This document shows positions 1 to 11,444 of a stretch of DNA of 33,737 nucleotides, one piece after another (within the stretch, counting starts at the first letter, position 1; every line of letters starts with the position of its first letter). The position numbers and the translations under genes were made by a program. The notes beneath the pieces were generated by a model, which worked only from the letters and a program-made list of their open reading frames with translations, did no database searches and was not told where the DNA came from. This DNA comes from Saprolegnia diclina VS20 (taxonomy: Eukaryota), in contig NW_008246133.1 of the NCBI RefSeq assembly GCF_000281045.1, positions 188,541-222,277 on the forward strand. Direction: 5' to 3'.

Positions 1-202
1 ACCCATCACCGTCTCGTGGATCGGCGTGTGCGGCTGGGAGGCACCTGATTTGTGACATCCCACCACTTGTTACGCTCCATTCCACCCCGCCGCAGCCGAT
101 GGCACTGCAACACATGGTACGAGTACACAGGAAGCTAACAACACCTGTTTGCCGTGGCTGGATCAGGTCAAGCGCTCCGTAATTATGGGCAACCTGTCGT
201 GA
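1..202 (+). CDS. Possible 3' end of a gene entering from the left (short exons ...PMALQHM / VKRSVIMGNLS*)
   Basis: Intron-like GTACGA...GATCAG segment followed by a short frame ending in TGA at 200-202. No recognisable domain. Confidence 0.2.
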
Positions 203-480
203 ATTCCGGCATTTTGAACCAACATCTTTACGCACTCTCGCACGTGTGGGTTGCTCCAACGTCCTTTTGAGGATTGTGCTGCAAATGCCGGTATTTCCAA
301 CCACTTTGCCGTATCGTCTGGACTCGTGGCGCCATACTACTCGTCCGCACTTGCTATCACCATTCGCACGAGCACGCCCGTGCTGTGGCTTTGTCAACAG
401 GTTATGTAATCACTCCAAGAATGAAAAAAATGTTTTTTATAAAAATGGATAGGGAGTTCTAGTAATATAGGTTGCTAGTA

Positions 481-2706
481 CTAGTACCGTGCGGCGTCAA
501 TCACCTGATCGATGACGCTGAGGTAGTGCATGACGTACGCGGGTCGGAAGTGGTCATCGTCGCGCATGATGGGCTCGCCGACGTTTGAAAGGACTTGGCA
601 TGTGTCCTTGTAGCACTGGTTGTCGGCAAAGTTGATGAGCGTCGCGTTCGCCGTCTTGGTCGCAGCCAAAAGCAGTTGGTGGAGGTACGCGATCTGCGGC
701 GTCGCTTCGTACGCGGCGCGCGAGACCGGGTCGACCTTGCCGACGCCGCTGCCGCTGAGCATGTTCTTCGGGTTGAACTCCTTGCCCTCCGGGTTGAGGC
801 CCGCAACATAGACCTTGATCCCGAGCTTCGTAAACGACGTGAGCTCGTCCGTGAGCGTCTTGATCATGGCCTCGACGTCGCCTTTCGACTGGTAATCGCA
901 CGCGTCCGCGTAGCTGCGCGTGCAGCAGCGCGGTGACGCGCTCGCACTCGCCGAGCTGCTGCCAAAGCGCAAAAACTGCTTCCAATCGGACGCGTAGAGC
1001 ACCGACTTAGGCTTGACCATCTTGATGGCTTCGACGGCGTTGGTGTGGTCGCTGTTGCAGCTCAGCGGCGGCATGCCGTTGGCCGTGAAGAACACCGCGG
1101 ACGGGAACCGAAGCGGCGCGCTGGCATTAGCCGCAAGCGTGTTGAGGTGCGAGTACCGGATCTTGAGCATATGGCCGTGCGAGTCGCCGACAACGTACGT
1201 CACGGACGGCTTGTTGGGGTTGAGCACCGACGACTCGGGCGCCCAGCCGTACGGCCCGTCCTTCTCCGTCCACGAGTAGCCCGGGCCGTCGTCGTGCTCG
1301 TCGATGGCGGCGCGGATCTTGGCGGCCGTCGGCTGCTCGAACATCGGCGGCTTGCTCATATTGGGCGGCTCGGTATCGGTGGCGTTGACGATCGGGCCGC
1401 GCGACGGCGGCAGCGGCCCCGACGTCTCGAGCGCAGAGAACGCGGTCGGGTACAGCTGAATGCAAATCCCGAGCATGGCCATGACCACCATGAGCGCCGA
1501 GAGGAGCGGCACAAGCCACTTGGCCTTGCGGCGGCGCAGGTGGTTCTCGACACCGTAGAGCGTAAAGACACTGAGCAGGAGCGACAAGATGACCATGGCG
1601 TACGGCATCGCGTACCACGGGCGGAGCTCGGTCTGCGGCCAGTGCGCTTTCGCAAACACAAGCAGCGGCCAGTGCCAGAGGTACCACGCATAACTGAGCT
1701 GGCCGATCCAGACCATCGGGTAGAGGCTCAGAAAGTACTTGTGCACAAACGTGTTGGGGCCGCTCGCGATGAGGAGGGCGGCGCCGGCGGTCGGGAGCAG
1801 CGCCCAAAAGCCCGGAAACGCGTCTTCTTCGTTGATGATGACAAAGCCAAGAACGAGCGCGCCCAGACCGAGGAGCGCCAATACGTGGCAGAGTCCCTGG
1901 TGCGCGACCATGACCTTGTTTTGGAGGTTGATGTACGAGAGGAGGCCGCCGACCGCCATTTGCCAAAAGCGCGACAGCGGAAAGTAGAATGCATAGTTGT
2001 TGGTGCCACCGTACCCGAGGAACGCCACGTTGCAGACAAAGCTCGCAACCAAGACAAACACTTGGGCAAGAATCGCCTTTCGGTACGACAGCTTCATGAC
2101 GAGTGACGCAAAGAGCGGCCAGAAGATGTAAAACTGCTCTTCGACACCGAGCGACCAGAGGTGCAAGAGCGGGTTCTCCTTGATGCTCGCGTCGAAGTAG
2201 CCCATCTTGAGCGTGAGCACTTGGATGTTGGCGCCAAAGACGCAGCCCGCGGTCAACGTCGCGGCCATCGATTTCAGCGGCGTCGCAAGGTACCAGGCGC
2301 AGCCAAGACTGACCGTAGCAATGAGCATGAGGAGGAGGCCGGGAAAGATGCGTCGGATACGCCGGGCGTAAAAGTCCGAGTACGTAAACTTGGCCGCTTT
2401 GAACTGCTTGAAGAGAATCCCGGAAATCAAAAAGCCGGAAATCACAAAAAAGATGTCAACACCGATAAAGCCACCGGCAAACGAGGTCGGATACGCGTGA
2501 AAGATGACGACGGGCACGACCGCGACCGTCCGGAGCCCGTCAATGTCGGCCCGGTACGAGAGCGAATGGGCAGGTGGCGCGGCTTCGTGCAGCACCTCCT
2601 CTTCGTTCGGGAGGTCGTCGTGGATAAGAACGGGAAAGCTGTCGTGGCTGCCGTCCGTGAGCGCCGAGAACTCGTGGCTCGGCGGCGTTGCGACTGTCGA
2701 GGCCAT
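481..2706 (-). CDS. Acyltransferase-3 plus SGNH-domain O-acyltransferase (OatA/OafA-like), intronless, 741 aa
   Basis: AT3 motifs YRADIDGLRTVAVVPVVIFH, GVDIFFVISGFLI, RRIRRIFP, HLWSLGVEEQFY and about 10-11 hydrophobic segments. C-terminal SGNH motifs GDSH and DDDH. First in-frame ATG is at 2706. Confidence 0.92.
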   Translation of the reverse strand: MASTVATPPSHEFSALTDGSHDSFPVLIHDDLPNEEEVLHEAAPPAHSLSYRADIDGLRTVAVVPVVIFHAYPTSFAGGFIGVDIFFVISGFLISGILFKQFKAAKFTYSDFYARRIRRIFPGLLLMLIATVSLGCAWYLATPLKSMAATLTAGCVFGANIQVLTLKMGYFDASIKENPLLHLWSLGVEEQFYIFWPLFASLVMKLSYRKAILAQVFVLVASFVCNVAFLGYGGTNNYAFYFPLSRFWQMAVGGLLSYINLQNKVMVAHQGLCHVLALLGLGALVLGFVIINEEDAFPGFWALLPTAGAALLIASGPNTFVHKYFLSLYPMVWIGQLSYAWYLWHWPLLVFAKAHWPQTELRPWYAMPYAMVILSLLLSVFTLYGVENHLRRRKAKWLVPLLSALMVVMAMLGICIQLYPTAFSALETSGPLPPSRGPIVNATDTEPPNMSKPPMFEQPTAAKIRAAIDEHDDGPGYSWTEKDGPYGWAPESSVLNPNKPSVTYVVGDSHGHMLKIRYSHLNTLAANASAPLRFPSAVFFTANGMPPLSCNSDHTNAVEAIKMVKPKSVLYASDWKQFLRFGSSSASASASPRCCTRSYADACDYQSKGDVEAMIKTLTDELTSFTKLGIKVYVAGLNPEGKEFNPKNMLSGSGVGKVDPVSRAAYEATPQIAYLHQLLLAATKTANATLINFADNQCYKDTCQVLSNVGEPIMRDDDHFRPAYVMHYLSVIDQVIDAARY

Positions 2707-3873
2707 CGCAAAATGCAAACTGAAGAGTGACAACGTCGAGGTAGTCGGGTGTTGCAAATGCTGCGTGAAAAAAGGCACGACTGCGATCAGCCTTCAACGA
2801 ATCGACTGGTGTATACTCAATCGGCTGCGACAACGAACTAGGTTTAGGCGGTGGAATGACACCGACTGCGGCCGAACAAGCTCTCGTGGGGTGGAATGGC
2901 GCCACATGACGTGCGGCAAATTTCTCGGCCAGCACACCAATGGAGCACGGCTCTCGCCTCTCGTCGATACGCTCGAACGACGCTGTACTAGTACGCGCTT
3001 CTGTTTGAAGCGCTGGTGATGGTCCAACGCTACCGCCAACACGCGGTCGACATGGTGATGCCGATCCTAGTGTTGCACACTGTTGGGCTCGCCCGGAACG
3101 ACCGAGTCTTCTGACCCGAGGCGCCCGAAGCGGCACCCGCGCCGCGCTCTTGACCAAGCTGCATCTTCACCACTTGTTGCTGACTACCCAAGCGATGGGC
3201 CTCTTCCACATCATCAACGCCCTGCACCACGACGCCTGGCTTCGAGATCACTTCGTCCCGGCTTGCGCCATTCATACGCCTCGCCTTCAACACGGCCAAG
3301 CCTCGCCGCTGCTGCCGCCAAGCCCAACGCACTCGCCAACCATCGACGCAATGTGGTTCTAAACCGTAGTACTAGTACGATCTCGCTGCTTCCAGATTCT
3401 CGACCAGACGCCGTCTCTGTGGCACCCACCATTCGGAGCGACGATCTTCAATGCAAGTGTAGTCGACAGTCGCGGATGGCGTTGGCGTCCGGCGAGATAG
3501 CCACCGTGGCCTTTGCCGGTCCTGTTCCACTCGAGAGTCGCAGACCCTGTGACGTCCCACATGTAAGCGTACGGCAGACCATCTGATGCGGGGACCAGGG
3601 TTGGATTGGTCATCACCAGCTGTTTTGGTCGGAAGGCCGACACGACCACCGTCGTAACAGGGAAGCGCTGCGACTGCTGTCGAGAAGCGCTGCGACGTCT
3701 TTGTTTCCAGCGCGCCAAGATACATATACTGTCGTATCAGTCGCACCACCTCGTCGAGTTAGACACGCAGATGCGTCGGTCGTTCGCTCGCCGATTACGA
3801 CGCGGACACCGCCACCAGCGATGCAACACAGCACGCTGTCATGAAGACTGTCGACGGAGCCTGCACGTTTGGC

Positions 3874-6398
3874 TTAGGGCGCGGTGCGGTGCAGCACCGA
3901 CTTTTCCGCGAGCGCCTTGTGTCGCAGCGCCGTGTGCTGGGCTTGGATCGTGTCGAACGTCTCGAGCAGCGGTGCCAGCAGCACGCGCGGCGGCGTCAAA
4001 GGCGTCGGCAGCGGCTCTTGCTTGGCAATCGCCATCGTCATCTGGGTCACGCTCGCAAGCCGGTCCCGCAGCGTCCGAAACGCAGAGCTCTACCATGCAC
4101 ATGAGACATGCTCGCACAACCTCCCACGAAAATGGACCTGCGGCAAGAGCATGAGGAGCCCATACAAGCTCTTCATGAGGTTGGCGTGGGACGGCGCGCG
4201 GGTCTCGAGGAGCTGGAGGCGCAGCTGGATAAAGATCGGCGACTCGAGGAGCTGCACGAGCTTGTCGATCTGCATGAGGAAGCCCACGGACGCGTCGATC
4301 TCGCTAAACTTGTGGATGAGCGCGTTCGAGAGCTCGTACGACTGCGCGAGGAGGCAGAGGCTAAACGTCGAGACCGGGTTGTGGCACCACGTTTTAAAGA
4401 GCGTCTACTCCATAAACCCATTTAACCGACCATCCCACCGCAAGGAATGTACGGTAAACACGTCAATGTCGTCCGAGGACGCCGAGACGTCAAAGCTGCG
4501 GCGGAGGATCGTCCGGAGGTGCTCCTACGCGACGCTCAGATCTGACCGATGACAACCAAGCGTCAGACGAGTTCATTGGCCGTGAGCAAGATCAAGTTGA
4601 GCGTGTGCACCATGAGCGACACAAACTCGAGGTCCTGGTACGTCGAGAGGACGGTCGCGATGACCATGTAGATGCTCTTGGCTTCCAAAAGCGTGCAGAG
4701 CTTGCGAATGATGAGGCTGCCGCGCTTCTCCTATTGTATCAATGTATCAACACACGGGTACCAAAAGCGAGGGTACGAGGAGCCGGCTGTCGGTCGCAAA
4801 GAGCTGAATGACGGCTTGGAGCACCTTGGAGAACTCGAGGTGGCTCAGACTCGTGCTCAGACGGGCAAGGACCTCGAGGTCCAAGAGCACCACCGGGTCC
4901 GCCGCGTCACTAGACAATATTCGTATCATTTTAGCAGACAATCTCGCATTGTCTCTTGCCTGAGTGTCTTGAGCAGCGTGGGCAGGAGCGAGTGAATGTG
5001 CGTCGTGAGCTGCGTCGGCGTCTTCTCCAAGAGCATCGCGATCCAGCTCAGCGCGGCCATCCGAGTCGCAATGTGGTCGCTGAGTAACTCGACGTTGAGT
5101 TTCGACATGAGCGGCATGAAATCCACGTTGCTCCTACGTAGTTTTGAGATTGAGTATGGCGTTTTTGGGATTCAGAGTCATAGCAAGTACTCGGTGGTTT
5201 TGACGAGCGCGAGCAAATCCGAGTTGGAACGCTCGCCGACAATGCGAATCTCCGTCTCGGCATCCGAGATGCAGTGCAAGATGGCGCCGAGGAGGTCGCC
5301 GTAGAAGCGGACAAGCCGCTCCTTCCCGAGCACGACAAACTCATGGACCCACGTCGCCGCTGTCAAGCGCGTGAAGCGCTCCTTGGACTGGCACTGCGCC
5401 ACGAGGATGTGCACCATCGGGCCAAAGTCGACAAACGGCGTCGACTTGATCTCTCGGAGGAACTCGGTGAGCGCCGAGTCGGCGGCCTGTCGGATCTCGC
5501 GGTTGCCGTCGCTGAGCATGTTGAAGAGGCCGTCGAGGAACTCGGGGAGCCAGTCGAGCATCTCAATGTCGGGCACCGAGTCGAGCACCGTGATCCAGCC
5601 CACCTACATGGACGTGGTATGAGGCAAGACACAACATGGATGATGATGACGCGGTACGAGGAGCTGGCGGATGTACGGGTTGGTCATGCGAATGTACTTG
5701 TGCAATAGCGGGATGAAGAGCTCGACGTCAAACACCTCGCTCTCGGTCACAATGTCCTTGACGAGCCGATCGAGGAGGTTGGCGCCGTTCTTGACGTCGA
5801 CGTCGACATCGGCAAAGAGCTTGCACAAGCTACACATGATGGGTGCCTGCTGGACAAGGAAGGAGCTAGATCGTACCCGTCGAAGATCTGGTTGAAGTAC
5901 TTGAGAATGTCTTGGCGAGCGACCTTGGCGATGTTGTAAAGGCTTTCGCAGGCGTAGTACCTAGACACATGTGAATTGAATGAACTAGCTAGGTCGTTGG
6001 ATGTACCGGACACGGCTTTCGGGATCGTCAAAGCAGTGCAGCACTGGCGGCATGAGCAGGTCCAGGTAGAGCTTGGCGTCGTGCATGAGGCCGATCGCCG
6101 TGCCTGCGAGGCCGATGAGGCCACCCTTGCGGTAGTTGGCGTTCGTCGAGCACGTAAACTGGTGCTGGAGCAGGTCGATGATGAGCGGAATCGACTCCTT
6201 CGCCTGCGGCGACCCGCTTTCGGCCAGCTGCTTGACGAGGTTCTCGACCTCGAGGGCGGCGCCCTTGCGCTTGTCGTAGGACCGGTCGCCGAGGTTGCGC
6301 AGGAGGTTGGGCGAGAGCGGGACCTCGGCGCCGCTGGCCGAGGCCGTGATCGACGACGTGGTTCCGACCGAGAGGCCCGCGAGCGAGAGATCCGACAT
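3874..6398 (-). CDS. VAC14: VAC14 scaffold of the PIKfyve/Fab1 complex (HEAT repeats). Exons 6398-6007, 5960-5877, 5829-5658, 5603-5191, 5133-4960, 4909-4777, 4730-4569, 4524-4453, 4404-4138, 4089-3874
   Basis: Spliced translation gives hallmark motifs LGDRSYDKRKGAALEVE, RKGGLIGLA, RVRYYACESLYNIAKV, LLDRLVKDIV, RGSLIIRKLC, WCHNPVS, QIDKLVQLLESPIF and LYGLLMLLPQSSAF. Nine short introns restore the frame. Confidence 0.95.
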
Positions 6399-7068
6399 GG
6401 CTGGGGCGAAAGAGGAAATGGAAAATTGAAATCTACTATCATGCGTGTATTTTAATACAAATGTTTTATTCCGAATACAAATATAGTCTAATAATGTAAT
6501 ATATATAATGGCATGAATCAAATCCACTGCACCCAACTCCAAGCTCCAGGAGTGGCTAAAAACAGCGGAATACTGTGCACGGATTGGCTAGAAGCGCTGA
6601 AATGAGACCAATCCTGCGCAAAGCAAGATATGACCCGACCAAGCAGCGAGCCATCGAGGTGCGGAAGGCCCGACCACGCCACCTCTCTACTGTCAGCAGT
6701 GTAGCCGCGACTAACTAAAGCGACTAGGCGAACTGCAGTAATAGGCGATCGCACTCGCATCATCGGTCGTCGAAGGTTGTTGTCGTCAGTTGTGTTTGCG
6801 ACGCACAACGCATCGAACCAGCACAGCGAGTGTCACGGGCTTCTCCACTACCATAGCGTAGAAGATGCCAATGCAGGAACGCAGTAGAAGGGCTTGTTCG
6901 CTTGTCTACTCGGGCGGGCCTTGCAGCGCTTGGCGCAAGCGATGCATGTCGATCGTCGACAAGACATCATCTTGGTCCACCCCGCCACCGTGGCCTCATG
7001 CATTGGAGCATTGGTTGAGCTTGGGTCATCGGTGATTCAAAAGAGGTCTTCGCTCAAGCTATTGGTTG

Positions 7069-7228
7069 NNNNNNNNNNNNNNNNNNNNNNNNNNNNNNNN
7101 NNNNNNNNNNNNNNNNNNNNNNNNNNNNNNNNNNNNNNNNNNNNNNNNNNNNNNNNNNNNNNNNNNNNNNNNNNNNNNNNNNNNNNNNNNNNNNNNNNNN
7201 NNNNNNNNNNNNNNNNNNNNNNNNNNNN
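7069..7228. other. Assembly gap (160 N)
   Basis: Run of N characters. Confidence 1.
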
Positions 7229-7250
7229 CTAATGGTGTAGATTTGCTCGA

Positions 7251-7430
7251 CTATTGCGGGCTCGTGGCTTGCACTTCGAGGCGAAAGCGCCGCTGGGCCT
7301 CGTCTTCGACGCGCTTGGCCACGCGGCGCTCTTCAAGGAACCGCTCTTGCAGGAGGAAGCCCGTGTACGCGCCGCCGAGGCCAAAGATCACGGCCATCGC
7401 GGCCTTCCCAACGTTGTTGTTGCCGCGCAT
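7251..7430 (-). CDS. Small 59-aa protein with one predicted TM helix and a charged helical tail
   Basis: MRGNNNVGKAAMAVIFGLGGAYTGFLLQERFLEERRVAKRVEDEAQRRF... with GC3-rich codons. Divergent from ARL3 across an AT-rich spacer. Confidence 0.55.
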   Translation of the reverse strand: MRGNNNVGKAAMAVIFGLGGAYTGFLLQERFLEERRVAKRVEDEAQRRFRLEVQATSPQ

Positions 7431-7956
7431 GCTGGTCGACGTCGGCCACGAACGTGTATCCGGAGTGTGAAACACGTTTTTCACACAAATCACACTGCAC
7501 TCCGTCCATTTGCCACAACGCATCCGGTCTAAACACACGCATTCTTTCCGCGAAACCGGTGGCAAATACGGTGATACGTCGTCCTACAATGCATCCCAAA
7601 GGACCTACGTACCGTACCGTGGCATTCAAGATAGCACGTACCCATCATTGATATGTCCTATTTGATGCATCACGCGCACCCCATGGGCGAGGCGGGCTCG
7701 CACCGCCATAGTTGCGTGCTGACAGACTATCAAAACATTGGGCAACCGTTATGTTCTCCGCCTCCGCATACTGTCCGGATAGCGACGTTTTCAAGCGGAA
7801 TTACATTGAAATATTTAAAGATATCTTGATCTTTGTATAAAATGGTTTTAAATCCATTAAATTCGATGCAAATTAGTAAAGATCGTGGCAGTTGCACGTC
7901 GGGTTCGATCTTGGCTCCAACGGACGCCATAAACGAAATTCCATCGCGCTAGCACC

Positions 7957-8609
7957 ATGGGCCTCCTCACGCTCCTCCGCAAGCTGAAGAAGGACGACAG
8001 CGAAGCGCGCATTCTCGTGCTCGGCCTCGACAACGGCGGGAAGACGACGATCCTCAAGAAGCTCTCGGAAGAGGACATTAGCCACATCATGCCGACGCAG
8101 GGCTTCAACGTCAAGAGTCTGCAGGTCGACGGCTTCAAGCTCAACATGTGGGACATTGGCGGTATGGCGCTGCACATAGCCAGACGCAAGGCTCATGGTT
8201 CGCACTGTAGGCCAAAAGACCATTCGGCCCTACTGGCGAAACTACTACGAGCAGACGGATGCGCTGGTATGTAAAGACACGGAGTGGTCGACGAGGCTTA
8301 CGAAAGATATAGATCTATGTCATTGACAGCGCGGACCGTCGCCGCTTGGAAGAGACGGGCGTCGAGCTCAACAACTTGCTCGAGGAAGAGCGTCTCGCGA
8401 GCTCGCCGTTGCTTGTGTTTGCCAACAAGCAGGACTTGCTGAACGCGCTGCCAGCGTCCGAGATCTCGACCGCGCTCAACCTGCACACGTTGCGCGACCG
8501 CAACTGGCACATCCAAGCGTGCTCGGCCAAGTCGGGGGAAGGCCTCCAGGAAGGCATGGAGTGGATAGTCAACACGATGAGCGAGTCGCGGGGCCGCGAA
8601 GCCAAGTAG
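7957..8609 (+). CDS. ARL3: ADP-ribosylation factor-like GTPase 3. Exons 7957-8161, 8211-8266, 8313-8609
   Basis: [12 protein letters not shown]-terminus, P-loop [35 protein letters not shown] and CSAK. Two GT-AG introns. Confidence 0.95.
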
Positions 8610-9045
8610 CCTTGCCGCACCCTCGGGCCAAAGAGGACTGCCATGACCACCTGAATACATAAATGCCCCATGTATCTTCTCTGCGTGTCGGCAGTCGTCG
8701 TGGGACATACGTATGCCAGTTCAGGAGACTAAGGTCACATCGAGCTGCCAAACGGTGCCTGTCCCGCTGCGTCGTCGCCCGGAAGCACGAGAATACTGCC
8801 GGCACTGGCTGCTTCTCGCGCTCCATGCCGATGGAAGCTCAAGTGGAGGGAACCCGCTGGATGACTTTGGCCCTTGGACCACACGTCGCCATCGACCACA
8901 CGTCGTCCGTTGCCTCAAAGGGCTTTAGCACAGACGGTTCAGGGTATCAACTTGATACATTTCGCTGTCTCCTCTCGGCGTGTGCTTTGCTCTTGGTCGT
9001 CGGCGTGTCGAGACCGAGTGCGTAATCAAATCTGCATTACTACAT

Positions 9046-10362
9046 TTACAACGGCAGCTCAAAGCTGACGTTGACGTGGACCTCCTCGGCTTGCGCGACA
9101 ATGTCGGCGATCTTGACGGCCTTCTGGGCGGCGTCGTCCAAGTCGTTGGCGACGATCATGCGGAAGCCGCTGTTTTCGATCAACTGACGGGCCTTCTCGA
9201 CGTTGGTGCCCTGGAGGCGGATGACGATCGGCTTCTTCATGCCGAGGTCCTTGGCCGCGGCGATGACACCGGCGGCGATGACGTCGCAGCGCATGATACC
9301 ACCGAAAATGTTGACCAAGATCGACTTGACCTGCGGGTCGGCGTTCAAGATCTCAAACGCCTTCTTGACCTGCGACTCGGTCGCGCCACCACCGACGTCC
9401 AAAAAGTTGGCCGGCGAGCCGCCGAAGAGCGAGATGATGTCCATCGTGGCCATGGCCAAGCCGGCGCCGTTGACGAGGCAGCCAATGTTACCGTCAAGAC
9501 CAATGTAGTTGAGGTCGTAGGCGGACGCCTCGACTTCACGCGGGTCCTCCTGCGTCTTGTCGCGCTTGGCAAAGATGTCCTTGTGGCGGAACGACGCGTT
9601 GTCGTCAAAGTTGATCTTGGCGTCGCACGCGTACACGTGGCCTTCCGGCGTCTCGGCGAGCGGGTTGATTTCGACAAGCGTCGCGTCCGTGCCGATAAAC
9701 ATGTTGTACAAGTTGTTCATGAGCTCGACACCGCGCTTCTGCGACTCGCCCGAGAGGCCCATGTTGGCCGCGAGGCGGTTGAGCTGCTCCGAGGTCGGGC
9801 CCGTCGTGATGTTGACGGCTTCCTTGAAGATCAATTCCGGCGTCGCGTGCGCGACGTCCTCAATCGAGGTACCGCCGGCGGGCGACGCGACAAGCACGGG
9901 GCCGTTAGAGGCGCGGTCCATAAGGATCGAAAAGTACATCTCGCGGCGCATGTAGACGCGTTCCATCAAGAACACCTTGGCGACTTCAATACCCTTCTCG
10001 CCCGTCTGCTTGGTGACAAGCGTCTCGCCAAGCATCTTTTCGGCAAAGTTCTTGGCATCCTCCGGCTTGGTGCACATGTGCACGCCGCCCTTGAAGCCGT
10101 TCTTGAAGTGGCCGAGACCACGGCCGCCCGTCAAGGCCTGCGCCTTGATGACAACGTCCTTGGCCGCGTCGCCGCCCTTGAGCGTGTTGTACGCGGCCTC
10201 GGCCTCGGCCGGCGTGGTCGCATGGAGCGAGGCCGGGATCGCGACGCCGAACGACTTCATGATCTCCATCGACTGGTATTCATGGAGGTTGAGGCGGCGG
10301 ACTTGCTGGCCCGGCGCGCGGAGGAGCGGCGCGGCCTTGGCGACGGTGCGGAAGAGGCTCAT
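9046..10362 (-). CDS. sucC: Succinyl-CoA ligase beta subunit, mitochondrial, 438 aa, intronless
   Basis: Transit-peptide-like N-terminus, then LNLHEYQS, KAQALTGGRGLG, EINPL, DAKINFDDNA, NGAGLAMATMD, PANFLDVGGGA and NIFGGIMRCD. Confidence 0.97.
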   Translation of the reverse strand: MSLFRTVAKAAPLLRAPGQQVRRLNLHEYQSMEIMKSFGVAIPASLHATTPAEAEAAYNTLKGGDAAKDVVIKAQALTGGRGLGHFKNGFKGGVHMCTKPEDAKNFAEKMLGETLVTKQTGEKGIEVAKVFLMERVYMRREMYFSILMDRASNGPVLVASPAGGTSIEDVAHATPELIFKEAVNITTGPTSEQLNRLAANMGLSGESQKRGVELMNNLYNMFIGTDATLVEINPLAETPEGHVYACDAKINFDDNASFRHKDIFAKRDKTQEDPREVEASAYDLNYIGLDGNIGCLVNGAGLAMATMDIISLFGGSPANFLDVGGGATESQVKKAFEILNADPQVKSILVNIFGGIMRCDVIAAGVIAAAKDLGMKKPIVIRLQGTNVEKARQLIENSGFRMIVANDLDDAAQKAVKIADIVAQAEEVHVNVSFELPL

Positions 10363-11444
10363 CTTACTTTGGCACGGCAAATTGTGAGGTGAAGACAAGA
10401 CCACCAATATTCGGTCAAGTCCTAATTAGGACAGGACCGCACCTACCCCTACTTCAACCGCTCAACGGACGACGCACTTGCCCTTTGTATGATGCCCCAA
10501 TTCGGAGATTGAAATTCGGCTTTTGAGATTCGACCATAGATTTCGTAACCCGATCCCTGGATGAAGCGGGCCGTCGAATGGCCGCGGGCCCGATGACGTC
10601 GACGCCGCCAGTCGCCGCGGCCGCAGGACGTGGCCTGTTCGCGTAGCGTGTGTGTAGCGACGCCCGACCCAAGGACCTCGGTTGCAGGCAACGGCGCCGC
10701 TTGTAGCTGCCCACGGAGCGGGATGCAGTCGCTGAGCGTGAGATTGCGCAATGCAGCGCGCTGTGGCCGCGCTTGCCATGCTACCACGACGCGTGAGCTC
10801 GGCGCGTGGATACGACGCAATACAGTGGTACAGCTAAGACGTTTGTCCGAGTCGGAGCGCGGATGCCAAGCTAACAAAGTCGTTGGACGCGTGTGCATGG
10901 CTGACGACACGCGTGGATCTTGGTGTTGATCGCCGCCTAGATCTGCTCCAAGGGACAGCGTCGAGCGAGAGTATGCTAATAGCATAGGAATCAATGGGAT
11001 GGTTCATTCGCTACGTGCAAGCATCATCGTCCACAGAGCGGGCGACTTGAGTGGCGCACTCATTTCTTATCGCTTTCTGAATGTGCTGGATAATGGACGC
11101 AGGAGCGTAGCCGTGGGCACCTACGGCCACGTAGGGACGCAGCGACATACACCTGCGATGGACGCCATCCACCGTCGCAGAGGCCAGTTGGGTGCTACTG
11201 TTCGCCGCGGGGATCGGCTGCGTATGCGGTCGCCACCTCATTTCGACGCCTATTTATAACCGCGATGGTCGCGGTCTTCCCGTTTGTCGGTACGTCGTCC
11301 TGCCACGTCAGCGCGGTCGGTATCGACGCTCTGTAGATGGCATTCGGCGCGCCACGTACCTCTCGTCACGGCTGCCCTCGCTCTGCCGCGCCGGCAACGC
11401 CACGGTCGGTTGCCTCGACATGCACGAGCATCACAAGTCAATAG

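Noticed and set aside
2780..3870. Several 70-200 aa ORFs between the acyltransferase and VAC14
   Set aside because: No motif or consistent splice model. A degenerate gene cannot be excluded.
6545..7068. ORFs running into the N gap
   Set aside because: No recognisable protein, and lengths are inflated by Ns.
8980..10392. 470-aa plus-strand ORF
   Set aside because: Antisense shadow of succinyl-CoA ligase caused by GC3 bias.
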